A stretch of DNA of 62,959 bases, the filler included, from Octopus bimaculoides (taxonomy: Eukaryota): the NCBI RefSeq assembly GCF_001194135.2. It is 7 parts of 7 records of this genome, joined end to end, with 100 filler letters (N's around TTAATTAATTAA, not from the genome) between each part and the next. Parts side by side here need not be neighbours in the genome. Positions count along the whole stretch, not along the records: positions 1 to 29,766 come from NC_068986.1; positions 29,867 to 39,529 come from NC_068991.1; positions 39,630 to 46,651 come from NC_068996.1; 4 more parts are not named here. One strand, 5' to 3'. The number at the start of each line of letters is the position of its first letter. The stretch's first letter is position 1. Below the pieces are notes generated by a model. That model saw only the letters and a program-made list of their open reading frames with translations. It did no database searches and was not told where the DNA came from. A program made the translations under genes and the position numbers. Positions 27,288-39,856 of this stretch are shown here, one piece after another.

Positions 27288-29766
27288 TTCACATACCTCC
27301 TTTTTACATACACACATATATACTCACACAGAGTTGCAACGCTGTTTGATTTTTAATTTTCACCCCTTCCTTCCTTATTCATCTATCACCCTTTCTTTTC
27401 TCATTCATAGGTTGTGACGGAGAAAGATATAAGAGCATTATAATAGTCGATGTTGAAAATTCTCATCGTATTCATAAAACTAAAAGGGCTAATTTAAAAT
27501 AATCACTTTATCAGAGGCATACTCTATCCTCATTCAAATGGTCATGCAGTTTGAATATTTCACAACCGTTTCCCGTTCATGGTTTGTCATTATACTCGGT
27601 TAATTTGTTTACCACGTAATTTACTCGAGTTTTCTTTCTCTCATATTGTTTCGTCGCACTTCTTTTCCTCACTATCGATGCATGTATTCAACGCCCATAA
27701 TCTTTATTTTTAATCTTATCTCTAGATTTTCTCTTTGACAACACAGATATTCGGAGCATGTGTGCTCAGTTGTTTTGACTCTCCTAAATAGATATGTCTT
27801 AACCATCAGCTTTCCTGATATATTCGTTTCTCATGAAGTTTATTTCTTCGTTATTTTATTCCTTAGTTAAACTTGTCTTTATGTGGGGCTAGAAGGAATA
27901 TCGTAGTGCGATAATTTGAAGTACAGTAAAAAAATATATAAATAAATGATAATAAAATATAAGGGACCTTTACAACTACCTTTGATGTGTTACAGTCCAA
28001 TCTACCGCCCTGTTTAAATGAAGATCGAAAGTGATAATGTTTATCTTCGTAAAAATGTTAGCGCTAGATGGACTCAAGTATTTATCTCGCACATATATGC
28101 GCCTTACTATATGTACACATAGAAGTAAATCGATCATAATTTTCGTTATTTTGCATTCGTGATACTTTTATCACAGTTCAAAGGACATATTTTATCATGG
28201 CTTTTGCGAATCAGACTAAGGACTCGATACCGTTACATGATTTATTCATTAATGGATATTTGCACAAATTTAATGAAGTCTCAAGCCATCTTATCCCTGT
28301 AGGGAATGAACGGAAATTTCTTGAATCCATTAATGTGCGTCGCACATCGAGGGAAATCAGTCGAAAAGACGGGTTTCGAATTTACGAAGAAATTTTGTTT
28401 GTCTCATTTCATACTCGTGTCAAAGGGATCAACAAAGAGGCTACCACTATCCACAATAACCCTGATAAAATTGTTCCTTCGTATTGTTATATTATTTGAG
28501 AGAATTAAAATTAACTGTTTCCCGACAGAGCAAGAAGCTTTTAAATCACAAGCAGCGTATATCACGCGATGGGAGATGCTACTTAAGACAGCATCGGTGT
28601 CAATTTGATGTTATTGGTAAGTGGTTTGAACTATGGCTCCTTTATTGATATAATATTGTTGATTGCAGCTGGGCCTCTTCACAGATCAGACTACAATACT
28701 CTGTTGAATATAAAATCTAACATTTAAAACTGTGAAAGCTACTGCAGCGGATTTAGCAATTTAAGGGTAATTGAATTCAACATTTTGTAATCGAACCAAT
28801 CTAAGCAACCTACAAAAGAGCTTAGTGTTACCTCCCAGTGCAATAAATGAGGACCACTTCTCTTAGCAAAATGGTGAAAAAGAGAAAAAAATGGAAACAT
28901 TAGAGAATATAAGCTTCGGAAAACATTAGAGCATATATGATTCGGAAAATGAAATATTCACTAAGAATTGCAGTGTGATCTACGCAGGGTGATCCAACGA
29001 GTAAAAAACAAATCAGCAATAAACCTGTTACTACGCAAAAAACAATATTCGACAAATCTATGTCAAAACAAAATAAAAACACAGGAAGTAAACCAGACTC
29101 ATATAAAAACTATATTAGCTTTCTTTGTGTGAGTGTGGAATGACGATAAAATATTTCCTGAGGTTTAAATGAAAAGATCAACATAAGCATGAGCTTTTAA
29201 CTGGCGGCGAAGAGAAAAATTGAGATAGGCCGCCGAATATGGTTTCACAAATTAAAAAATTCCTCAGTTTAAAGACAGTAACACCAGCATTCTTTTTTTC
29301 CTGTAAAATTACTAGGTTTCACTTTGAATAATGTTATGCAATTACGCTCTCTATAAATAAAAATTCATATCATGAATACAATCGAGATGAAAAATGAAGG
29401 AATGACGGAATTTGATGAACTAGAGTAGGTTAAAAAGCACAAGCATTTCTCCAACGCCGCTGGCTGTGGTGTTCATTTACAAAATGCGACAAAAAATTCC
29501 AGCAGTATTAGCCAGATATTTTCGGCATGAATGTTGCGAATCATATAAGTTCACGCCATAATACTGAGAGTGCCTCGCAGCAATGACAGTCACTCAATAG
29601 AAGAAAATAGTGCAATACAAGTCATGACAGAAAAAATTGTATCCATGTAAGAACATCGTTTGCGATATGATAGAATGAAAATTATACTAAGTTTCATTCG
29701 ACTGAAATGTATCAGAAAACAAATACTCAATAGAATCTGAAGAACTGCTGCAGAGTTATTTATATA

Positions 29767-29866
29767 NNNNNNNNNNNNNNNNNNNNNNNNNNNNNNNNNN
29801 NNNNNNNNNNTTAATTAATTAANNNNNNNNNNNNNNNNNNNNNNNNNNNNNNNNNNNNNNNNNNNN
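29767..29866. other. Artificial 100-bp scaffold spacer: 44 N + TTAATTAATTAA + 44 N
   Basis: The same 12-mer, always embedded in N runs, at 29811, 39574, 46696, 53828, 55914 and 57928. It is a palindrome giving TAA in all six frames. Confidence 0.93.
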
Positions 29867-30023
29867 TGCAGGTGTTATTCAAATCCTTTTACTTCTGACA
29901 TATTTTTCGAAGAAAACATTGGTATTATTCCAGAAGGAATAAAATGGTGTAAAACAATGCAATCTTCTCATCAGGGAAAGAAAGAAACTAAACACATCAA
30001 TAAGACATTTTATCAGAATTCGA

Positions 30024-30545
30024 CGACTGGCACCCATGCCAACCTCTCCTTCATTGGACACTAAACTCTGCTTGCGAAGACCTGTTGGGGCAAGTGAAAC
30101 CGAAATCGTGATGGCACCTGTACCAGTGGAGTGCTAAGAGCACCGTCCGAGCATGATCATTGCCAGAGCAGCTGACTGGCTTCTGTGTCAGTTGCATGTA
30201 AATAGCACCATTTGAGTGTGATCGTTACCAGCGTTGCCTTACTGGCACATGAAAAAACATTCAAGTGAGGTCATTGCCAGTGCCGCTGGACTGGCTCCTG
30301 TGCAGGTGGCATGTAAAATACACCATTCTGAGCATGGCCATTGCCAGTACCGCCTGGCTGGCCTTCGTGCCGGTGACACGTAAAAGCACCCACTACACTC
30401 TCGGAGTGGTTGGCATTAGCAAGGGCATCCAGCTGTAGAAACTCTACCAAATCAGATTGGAGCCTGGTGTAGCCATCTAGTTCGCCAGTACTCTGTCAAA
30501 TCGTCCAACCCATGCTAGCATGGAAAGCAGACGTTAAACGATGAA
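30024..30545 (+). mobile_element. RTE-LINE-type 3' UTR/tail with internal subrepeats
   Basis: Conserved block GAGTGGTTGGCATTAG.AAGGGCATCCAGCTGTAGAAAC..CCAACCCATGCTAGCATGGAAAGC.GACGTTAAACGATGA, also seen at 32790, 33785, 58451, 58648 and 60664. In the 58648-59540 copy this block is linked to RTE coding sequence. Confidence 0.8.
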
Positions 30546-31039
30546 TGTATATATTTGAAAAAGGGAAAGAATGACTTCACTGGTAGTTCTAATCAATTTA
30601 AATTTCTAATAAATTTCTAATAATTTCTCGCATTTGTCCCTATTAACCCTTTCAACCTGGAATTTTTTCTCAAGATTTGCATGCATTTATCTCTAAAATT
30701 TTGGTAAAACTATATTGTGCAGATGCTTATTAGATGGTTTACGGTGGTGCCAATTATGTAGACACTATTTTTAGTCTGGTACATATTTGTACCATTTGAG
30801 TTTTCTAATCTACCATGTATGTACCACTGTATTTAAATGAAGTACCATGTATGTATCAGTTGTATCAAAATACCGCAGAAATATGTATTAGAAATATGTC
30901 TTAGAAATATGTATTGCAACATCGTTGCAAGAATATTACTCTCCAATGTTTATAAACTATGCACAATATGTTTATGATTAAGTAAATATGTTTACAGCGA
31001 AGAAAATTTTATAAATAACTTACTAAAGCATGAGAACCA

Positions 31040-33050
31040 AAGGCTGCACTCAATTAGTAGGAAAGGAGTTGAAAGAAATTCCATTTGCTGCACCCAGTGT
31101 AAACTATGGATACATAAGAAGTGCAGTGGAATCACAGGTAGATTAACAGATAAAGTTGTCTGTGTATGTGACAGATGTGCAGGAACAATAAGCACTAAGA
31201 GCACATGGGACTTAGATTCTCTCAAATACTCAGGAGGCTCTCTTGAGGTTGTAGATAGTTTCTGTTACCTAGGTGACAAAATTAGCAATGATGGAAGATG
31301 CTCTGAAAGTATTGTTTCTAGAATAAGAATTGGGTGGAGGAAGTTCAGAGAGCTATTACCTCTGTTGGTAACAAAAGGACTCTCTCTCAGAGTGAAAGAT
31401 AGACTATATGATGCTTGTGTGTGAACAGCTATATTCCATGGTAGTGAGACATGGGCTCTGAATGCAGAAGACATGTGTAGACTGGAGAGAAATGAAGGAT
31501 GTGTAACATCAGTCCACATGTACGACAAAGTGCAAATGTATTGAGAGAAAAGTTGGGCATAAGAGGAATCAAATGTAGCATGCAAGACAGAAGACTACAT
31601 TGGTTTGAACATATGATGTGTATAAATGAGGACAGCTGCATAAGGATGTGCTGATCACTGAAAGTAGATGGTACCTGTGGAAGAGGAAGACCCAGGAAGT
31701 CATGGGATGAAGTGGCAAGGACCGATCTCAGGATGTTGAGCCTCCTAGAGGAAATGACAATGGACCAAGATGTCTGATGATATGAAGTTCTTGAGAAGAC
31801 CTGCCCATGTCAGTGAAACTGAGTTCTGGAAGTGCTGTGTGACCCACCTACACTTAACGAGAAAACTTCTCACACACTCTCCCACAAAGAAACCAAACTA
31901 CAACTCTACATCTCTTCTCTTCCTCACATTTCCACTTCATGCACTATGCTTACCTCCCACTCCTCAATCCTGTCCTCTTGGCCCTGTGCCACTGTATCGT
32001 TACTCTCCACTAGCTTCCGAACTGTGTTCCACCCACACGCCCTGTCTCACTGTAGTATTCCTATCTGCTAGCCCCTGACCTGTGTGTTCCACCCACACAT
32101 AGCAAAACCTTTTCACACACCCTACCCCAACAAACCAATCTACATCTCTACATATCTTCTCTTCCTCACATTTCCTCCTTCAAACACTATGCCTAGCTCT
32201 CACTCCCTAGTCCTGTCCTCATGGCCCTGTTCCTCTGTATCATTGCTATCCAGTAGCCCCCCCCCCGCCCCGATTATCTACATACCCAGGTTTTCAGAAC
32301 TCATTTTCCCACTCTGCTCTCTTTAATCACACTCCCTTCGCAGTAGCCTGCCACTTATATTATGGCGTTCAAACCTCAAGGGTATGCCCTGGCACTTACC
32401 ATCATCTCTCTCTTCCTGTACTCAACCATCCCATTTATATTCTGATCTCCATCCCTTGTGAGTATGCCCAGCACTTTGCCACCATCTCTATCCTGCTATC
32501 TCCCACTCACTCTCTCCTTCTCTTGCACTTCCCTCAGGTTGGGTAACCATGCATTTCCTTTGCAGCAGCGCACCTGTTTCTGTCTTCAATTTTGATCTCT
32601 TTCTCTCTCTCTGGCCAGGTAACCTTGTACCACCTGTTTCTGTCTCTCTGTCTCACTTTAACTGTTCATCATCTGACACATGATCACTTTCCCCGATTCT
32701 CCCTCCCCTCTCAAAAGAGTTTTTTTTTGTCTTGGAAGTACTTGGTGACCCTATCAGTGGAGGTTCCACTTAAAAGCACCCAGTCTGCACTGTAAAGTGG
32801 TTGGCATTTGAAAGGTCATCCAGCTGTAGAAACCTTACCAAAACCTACCTTGCCTGTGCTTTTACCACATAAAAATCATTAAGTCCACTCTGCCGAGTGG
32901 CTGGCTGGTGTTGGGAAGGGCATCCAGCAGTAAAAATCCTGCCAAAACTGTTACAGAAGTCTGGTGCAGGCTTCTTCCTGGTTGGCTCTTGTCAAACTGT
33001 CCCACCCATGCCAGCATGGAAGGAGGGCGTTAAATAATGATGATGATGCT
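31040..33050 (+). mobile_element. 5'-truncated RTE-clade LINE: RT C-terminus plus long 3' UTR ending in (GAT)n
   Basis: Plus-strand SICCTQCKLWIHKKCSGITGRL..CDRC..LEVVDSFCYLGD..SRIRIGWRKFRELLPLL..YDACV..GSETWAL..RRLHWFEH..GRGRPRKSW (RTE motifs, with stops). Pyrimidine-rich UTR and conserved tail. Confidence 0.88.
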
Positions 33051-33784
33051 CTGTCTAATGTCTTTCATAGAATTCCACATGTAGGGGTTGCTCATCTGCA
33101 GCTTGGGAAAATCTGCATTCATAGACTGCACTGCTTATAGGCAACAGCACAGAAATTTGAAGCTATTTAAACTATGCAAATGTGGCTTCCCTGGAGCAAT
33201 GCAAAATCTCAGTTAACCAGGTCAGTGAGTTCAAAAATAAGTGAATTTCCACTAGCTGAGGTACTTTCCACTGTGACAAAGTTTTCCAATTTTTCTAAAA
33301 TTTGAAAGATCAAAGAATAACTTGATTATGCTAATTAATAAATTACACAAGCTACAACTATAGTGGTGGTACAACAACAAATATATTGCAAAAGGTTTTG
33401 ACCACAAATCAAAAATATTAGATGACATTTTTGATATTAAAACTTCATTTTCTCATCAGGAAAATGTTGAAACAGGAGTTTCTTAAACCATGGCAACATT
33501 TCATGCAAAATTACATTTGCATATGATTTTACAATACAAGTAGGATCAAATGATTCATATGATTTTCTCCCATAGTGTTGCATAGATAACTCTTCAGTCT
33601 TCTAAGAGTGCTAAAAATGGGTTTTAAAGAAAACATGATCAAGGGTAAATTTTGAACTGCATTTCTAAGAAAATATTGAATATTGGAAAGGTATTCTGTT
33701 TAAAAAAATTGTCACAGCAGTGATGCTACGCAAAAAACACTGATGCTGGTGCCACATAGAAACCACTCAGTACAAACTAGAAAA

Positions 33785-33875
33785 TGGTTGGCATTAGGAA
33801 TGGTATTCAGCTGTAGAAACCAAGCCAAAACTGACTATGGAACCTGTTAAGCTGTCCATCCCTTCATGGAAAACT

Positions 33876-33885
<10 letters not shown>
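33785..33885 (+). mobile_element. Short RTE-type tail fragment
   Basis: TGGTTGGCATTAGGAATGGTATTCAGCTGTAGAAACC..CATGGAAAACTGATGATGAT. Confidence 0.7.
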
Positions 33886-34100
<215 letters not shown>

Positions 34101-35963
34101 TTGGTGAAAGCTCACAACTTATTTTGCTGGGTATGATGAAAAGTGTCAGCTGTCCACAGCCAGCGGACCAAGGTGGCACTTGTCTACTGGTCATGCTTCA
34201 AGAACCCTGCAAAGAATTCTTGCAGTTCCATGCAATGCTGATTTTTGCTGGTTTTCTGCCTTCACACTTGCACCGATCTTTTTCAGCCATGTTGGTAAGT
34301 GAGTGCTGCTACTTCCAAGTACACCAATTACTATTCGTATCATGTCTACTCTCCTTATTGACAACAACCTTGGTAATTCCCACTTCAAGTTGTCATAGTT
34401 GTTTATTTTTTTTTTCCTCTTTATCACAATTTTTGTTGGAGATCCTGGAGTCTTGCATGCATAGCAGGCTGACTACCTACAGCGTACAGTGCCATGCTAT
34501 CCATTCTATTCACCTATCTAATACTTTCCTGATTATTCTAGCTATGCCAAGGAGGCAAACCTTTTGTAACAGTCCTACTGGGCACTCTATTCCAATTTCC
34601 TTTATATTCCCCTTGATGCCTTCTGATACTGTTCCCAAGGACCCAACAATAATTAGCATTATCTTCACCTTCTTCATTTCCCATAGCTGGGTTACTTCAT
34701 ACTTAAGAGGGTTGTATCTATCTTTTTCCCTTCCTTCTTGACTATTCTTTGGTCAAAGGGGCATGCAACATATAGGCATATGTAGTGCACCACTAGCTCA
34801 GGTCTGTTATGCTCTAATACATTATTAGTTTGGATTGGCAAATCCAAGAACATTTTGCAAGACACTGACTCCACCACTGTCTGTGGTTTGTGCTCATAAC
34901 ATGTCTTGCCTCTCTTTAGCCCCCACTTTTTGCACAGTTTCCAATGTAGCACTTTCGCTACTTGGTCATGTTACCACAACTTGTAGTGGTTTGGGGCAAG
35001 TCTAGGGCATTCGTTCATGACATGGGCAATGGTTTCATCTCCTCTATTGCAGAAGCAGCACAGTGGAGACACTTGCTCATTACTAAGGTTGACCCTCCAG
35101 TTTGTGGCCAAAGCTTAGTCTTGTGCTGCCAGTATAATGTTCTTGGTCTCTTTTTTTAGGGTTCCTTTCATCAGCCAACCCCTCCTATTTTTTCCAGTAA
35201 CTTCTGTTGTGTTCCATGGAATTAATTGTGTAGTCCCTTGCTGCATAATTCTTCTTCATGTCCTTTTTGTTCTTCTTCCTTTCTTTTCCTCCTCTTCTCT
35301 GCTCTTAATACTCCCTTGTTTCTAAATGTTACTAGCAAGGTTTCCTTACTTTGGGCTAGGTATCTCATTAAGCTCTTGAGTTCAATATACACTCTGTCTT
35401 CCACACTTATCAGTCCCCTTCTTCCATTTGCACTCTTCATGTATAGGTGATCAGTGTCTGCACATGGATGATGTGCTCCATGCATCGTTTGGAGCTTTCT
35501 TAACTTTCTGTCCATCTCCTTTAGCTCCTCCTCTGTTCACTTCAGGATTTCAGCTCCATACCAAACTACATCAACTGTGCACGAGTTTATTGCTGCAATT
35601 ATGTTTCTGGCATTCAGCTTTGAAGCCAATATTTTTCTCACTCACCACAGGTACTCTCTTTTTGTCTTTTCCATCATGTCGTGGTGTTTGATTCCATCTG
35701 CCTCAAGTATTCCCAGGTATTTATAGTTAGATTGAGGTTGAATTGCCTTCATCATTTCACCACCTGGCAATCATATGCCTTCTGCCCTGGCAAGCTTTCC
35801 TTGTCTCATCACCATCGTAGCACATTTTGAGAGTCCAAACTCCATCTTAATATTATTGGAGAAAATCTGCACAAACTGGACTAGGCTGTCCAGTTCTGCC
35901 TCAGTTTTTGTGAATAGCTTCAGATCGTCCAGGAATAGTAAGTGGTTTAGTTTTCCCTTACTT
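34101..35963 (-). mobile_element. 5'-truncated Dong/R4-clade LINE: RT C-terminus, CCHC knuckle, restriction-like endonuclease, 3' UTR
   Basis: KLNHLLFLDDLKLF..MEFGLSKCA; DRKLRKLQTMHGAHHP.ADTDHLY..GRRGLISVED; LCCFCNRGDETIAHVMNECP (CCHC); LHWKLCKKW..YEHKP..IQTNNVLEHNRPE; VIGVLGS..QKSALHGTARILCRVLE. In-frame stops are present. The 3' end abuts (AAT/AAC)n. Confidence 0.92.
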
Positions 35964-36079
35964 AGTTATCAGCTAATTACTGTTTAACAAACTGATATAG
36001 AACAAACACACTACAAACATAAATTAGTAAGATCTGCCAGAAAAATACACTGAGCAAAATGTAACTTCTGTGAATGAGA

Positions 36080-37260
36080 AACCATAAGCATGGAGTTAAT
36101 GGGACATGTATAAGAACACATTAAGATTAAATTTTGCAAACCCAGATAATACTTCAGTAAGGCTGGGAACCTAGACAATGCCTGAGCTTGCTATAGAATG
36201 GCATTACCAGTGGTAGGTGCTTGGGTAGTTGGACACAACACAAAATTAGAGGAGGAGAGACGAATGTGTTGGGACTGCTTGAGGAGAAATGGTATGAGCC
36301 CAATTGAATCCATGAAGAAGATGTCATTATATAGTAATGATAAACAATCAGAGAAATGAGAACCCATCTGGGATCTAATGGCTAGAGCATGCCTATGAGC
36401 AATTTTATGATAATCAGTTGAATGGCCTTTCTTTAGACATAATCTGAGTTGTCTGTATGAGAAATAGCAGCATCTGCCAACATGTGGGATATAGCTGAGT
36501 GTTGTAAATGGTCAGTAATTGTTTGAAGATGAAGAGTAGGGACAGTCTTTTATGTATGATCCTACTAACTAAAATATGTACTTTTACCATGGGAGAACTC
36601 TGGTGATCATGAGGTTTAACATTTGGATTAATAATGAGGAATCTATCTTCATACTGCTCAGTTTAAAGGTGAGGGGCAAGTGCAATGATGTCTTTTTTTT
36701 TATCTAAGTACTTGTGTTTTTTTTGCTGTGTCCCTATTGGAGATGCTTTTGTAGTTTCTGTTTAAGGTGCAGAAGCTAGTATAAGTTAGGCATGTGATGT
36801 ACAGATTATTTATAGATGATGCTTCATTGGTGAAGGTTCACACTTACATATAATCTGTGTGAGAATGTGAATTGTTTGTCCTAGTGGAAATTTGGTCATT
36901 AATGTAGAGATAGACGGAAAGGAGATGAAAGAAAACTGAACATAGAGCAGAGTAGATAGAATATGAGACTGAAAGAGCTCATGATAATTTACTCTGACTG
37001 GAAGCTACTAATATAAGAGGGGAGAAATGGATGGAAACCATAGGTGAACAGTTTTGATGTCAAGGGTAACAACTTTCAGTTGGTAAATTTTGAGCTACAG
37101 TTCTAACAAAGTCCTGAATGTCAGACAATTAAAATCTCTAAAAGATGCTGGCATTCAAAGAACATATGCAAATCAAGTTTTACATGAAATGTTGCCAAGT
37201 TTATCAACAAATTTGGCTTAAGGAAGCTTTTGTTTGAACTTCTCTGATGTGAAGGAAAAG
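36080..37260 (-). mobile_element. Highly degenerate CR1/L2-like LINE RT and 3' region
   Basis: Minus-strand fragments KVVTLDIK, LYINDQ, KRLSLLF..QLLTIYNTQ, HTDNSDYV.RKAIQLI resemble VALDISKAFD, LYINDL, QLLTLYKAQ, LDRVQRRAIRLI. Confidence 0.55.
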
Positions 37261-38487
37261 ACCTGAACAGTAAGAGAGTAGGTCTCTTATAAATCTAGCT
37301 CTGCAGATGCAATACTAGTGGTCATTGAGGAGAGAGAGAGAAGAAGANNNNNNNNNNNNNNNNNNNNNNNNNNNNNNNNNNNNNNNNNNNNNNNNNNNNN
37401 NNNNNNNNNNNNNNNNNNNNNNNNNNNNNNNNNNNNNNNNNNNNNNNNNNNNNNNNNNNNNNNNNNNNNNNNNNNNNNNNNNNNNNNNNNNNNNNNNNNN
37501 NNNNNNNNNNNNNNNNNNNNNNNNNNNNNNNNNNNNNNNNNNNNNNNNNNNNNNNNNNNNNNNNNNNNNNNNNNNNNNNNNNNNNNNNNNNNNNNNNNNN
37601 NNNNNNNNNNNNNNNNNNNNNNNNNNNNNNNNNNNNNNNNNNNNNNNNNNNNNNNNNNNNNNNNNNNNNNNNNNNNNNNNNNNNNNNNNNNNNNNNNNNN
37701 NNNNNNNNNNNNNNNNNNNNNNNNNNNNNNNNNNNNNNNNNNNNNNNNNNNNNNNNNNNNNNNNNNNNNNNNNNNNNNNNNNNNNNNNNNNNNNNNNNNN
37801 NNNNNNNNNNNNNNNNNNNNNNNNNNNNNNNNNNNNNNNNNNNNNNNNNNNNNNNNNNNNNNNNNNNNNNNNNNNNNNNNNNNNNNNNNNNNNNNNNNNN
37901 NNNNNNNNNNNNNNNNNNNNNNNNNNNNNNNNNNNNNNNNNNNNNNNNNNNNNNNNNNNNNNNNNNNNNNNNNNNNNNNNNNNNNNNNNNNNNNNNNNNN
38001 NNNNNNNNNNNNNNNNNNNNNNNNNNNNNNNNNNNNNNNNNNNNNNNNNNNNNNNNNNNNNNNNNNNNNNNNNNNNNNNNNNNNNNNNNNNNNNNNNNNN
38101 NNNNNNNNNNNNNNNNNNNNNNNNNNNNNNNNNNNNNNNNNNNNNNNNNNNNNNNNNNNNNNNNNNNNNNNNNNNNNNNNNNNNNNNNNNNNNNNNNNNN
38201 NNNNNNNNNNNNNNNNNNNNNNNNNNNNNNNNNNNNNNNNNNNNNNNNNNNNNNNNNNNNAGAAGAAAGTGGTACTTGAGAAGTAGCAATTAGTGATGGG
38301 GAAACCAAAAGCTAAGAATGAAACATGACAGAATTGAACAATGAAGAAAAAAAATGATGAAAAATGTAGAAAAATGGCAAAATGGAAAATTAAAAATGAA
38401 AGATGACGAGAAGCTGAGGTATGGTGAAAGGTTTTAATATATTACATGAACAGTGAGGAGGTTTTTTCTCTTCAAATTTTCAAAAGT

Positions 38488-38488
38488 T

Positions 38489-38560
<72 letters not shown>

Positions 38561-38566
38561 CTATGT
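38488..38566. repeat. (TATC)n microsatellite
   Basis: Visible run. Confidence 0.95.
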
Positions 38567-38869
38567 CTACCTGTCTTTGTTTGCTTGTTTCTTTCTTTCT
38601 TTCTTCTTGACAGTAGAAAACTTTCTAGAGTTAAAAAATTATTTTCACTGCACTTTCTGAAGAGATCCTACAGATCATTTTCACTGAACTTTTCTTAATT
38701 TAGATTCCACAGATGGGTAACATAAGAGAGTAGGTCTCTTATAAATCTAGCTCTGCAGATGCAATACTAGTGGTCATTGAGGAGAGAGAGAGAAGAAGAG
38801 AGAAAGACAGAGAGATCAATTAAAACGTTGGAGGGCTTCATTGTTAGTGGCTGTCTTCATTACCTCAAA

Positions 38870-39170
38870 GATAGTAAAAGCATGTGAAATAGAATGGAAG
38901 TTAGTGAGCCAGAGGAATTGCCATTCTTAGAAATAGCACACACTACAGCATGTTTCAAGGAGGTTTGATGAGTGTAGGAACAAGTTCTAGGATCTAATAT
39001 TTGAATGTAATAGAATGAACATGGTCATTATTAGTGGCCTCATTAGCTTGAAGCAATCAAGTGTAATATTGTACGTGGCATAGGTGTATGCAAGGTTGAG
39101 ACCCTGGTGGGGTGGAAGTGGTTAGATTTACAAGAGATTGGCCAAGGGTGTATAGTGTGGAGCTGAATGC
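38870..39170 (-). mobile_element. CR1/L2-like RT N-terminal fragment, probably the same element as 36080-37260
   Basis: KHAVVCAISKNGNSSGS and LELVPTL resemble WKHA.V.PIPKKG and PELAP.L. Confidence 0.45.
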
Positions 39171-39184
39171 AAAATAGTCTCACT

Positions 39185-39497
39185 TGGATGTTACTGTTGC
39201 TTTTAGCCCCAGGAGGACATCTCCTCCAGCTGGCTTATCGACACACTACTGTGTCCTGTTTGCCAAGGGAATTTCACTGGAAAAGTAGATATAAGATTGC
39301 CAAGATTTTGTCTCTCTCACCAAGGATCAGTGGCTATCGAACGCCGACGAAGGGAAATAACCCTGAAACCCGGGTCCGTTCGTGCTACAGATCATGGTGA
39401 GAGGGATAACTTCCCTTGGCAAACAGGACACAGTAGTGTGTCGATAAGCCAGCTGGAGGAGATGTCCTCCTGGGGCTAAAAGCAACAGTAACATCCA
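39185..39497. repeat. Inverted repeat: perfect 87-bp arms, 139-bp spacer
   Basis: 39185-39271 is the exact reverse complement of 39411-39497, checked base by base. Confidence 0.97.
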
Positions 39498-39856
39498 CCC
39501 CTAGGGGTCAGCCACACTTAAGTGGCAATNNNNNNNNNNNNNNNNNNNNNNNNNNNNNNNNNNNNNNNNNNNNTTAATTAATTAANNNNNNNNNNNNNNN
39601 NNNNNNNNNNNNNNNNNNNNNNNNNNNNNCTTTTTGAGTTGATTTTCAGCTAGCAAGACTTATCGTAGATGGCGTAATAAGTCACACCAGGACAAGGTCT
39701 GGTTATACTGCTAGTATACAATAAATATTAGTTTTATTACATCGCCTTTAACCAGTCGATAGTGTTTATTAGTGATGATGTTGTTGTTGCTATTGTTAAG
39801 ATTGTTGCTATTGCTTGTGTTGTTGCCATAGTTTTTAATATTGTTTTTGTGAAGGC

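Noticed and set aside
29450-29700. Possible hAT dimerisation-domain relic (KIPAVLARYF, VMTEK)
   Set aside because: The similarity is too short to distinguish from chance.
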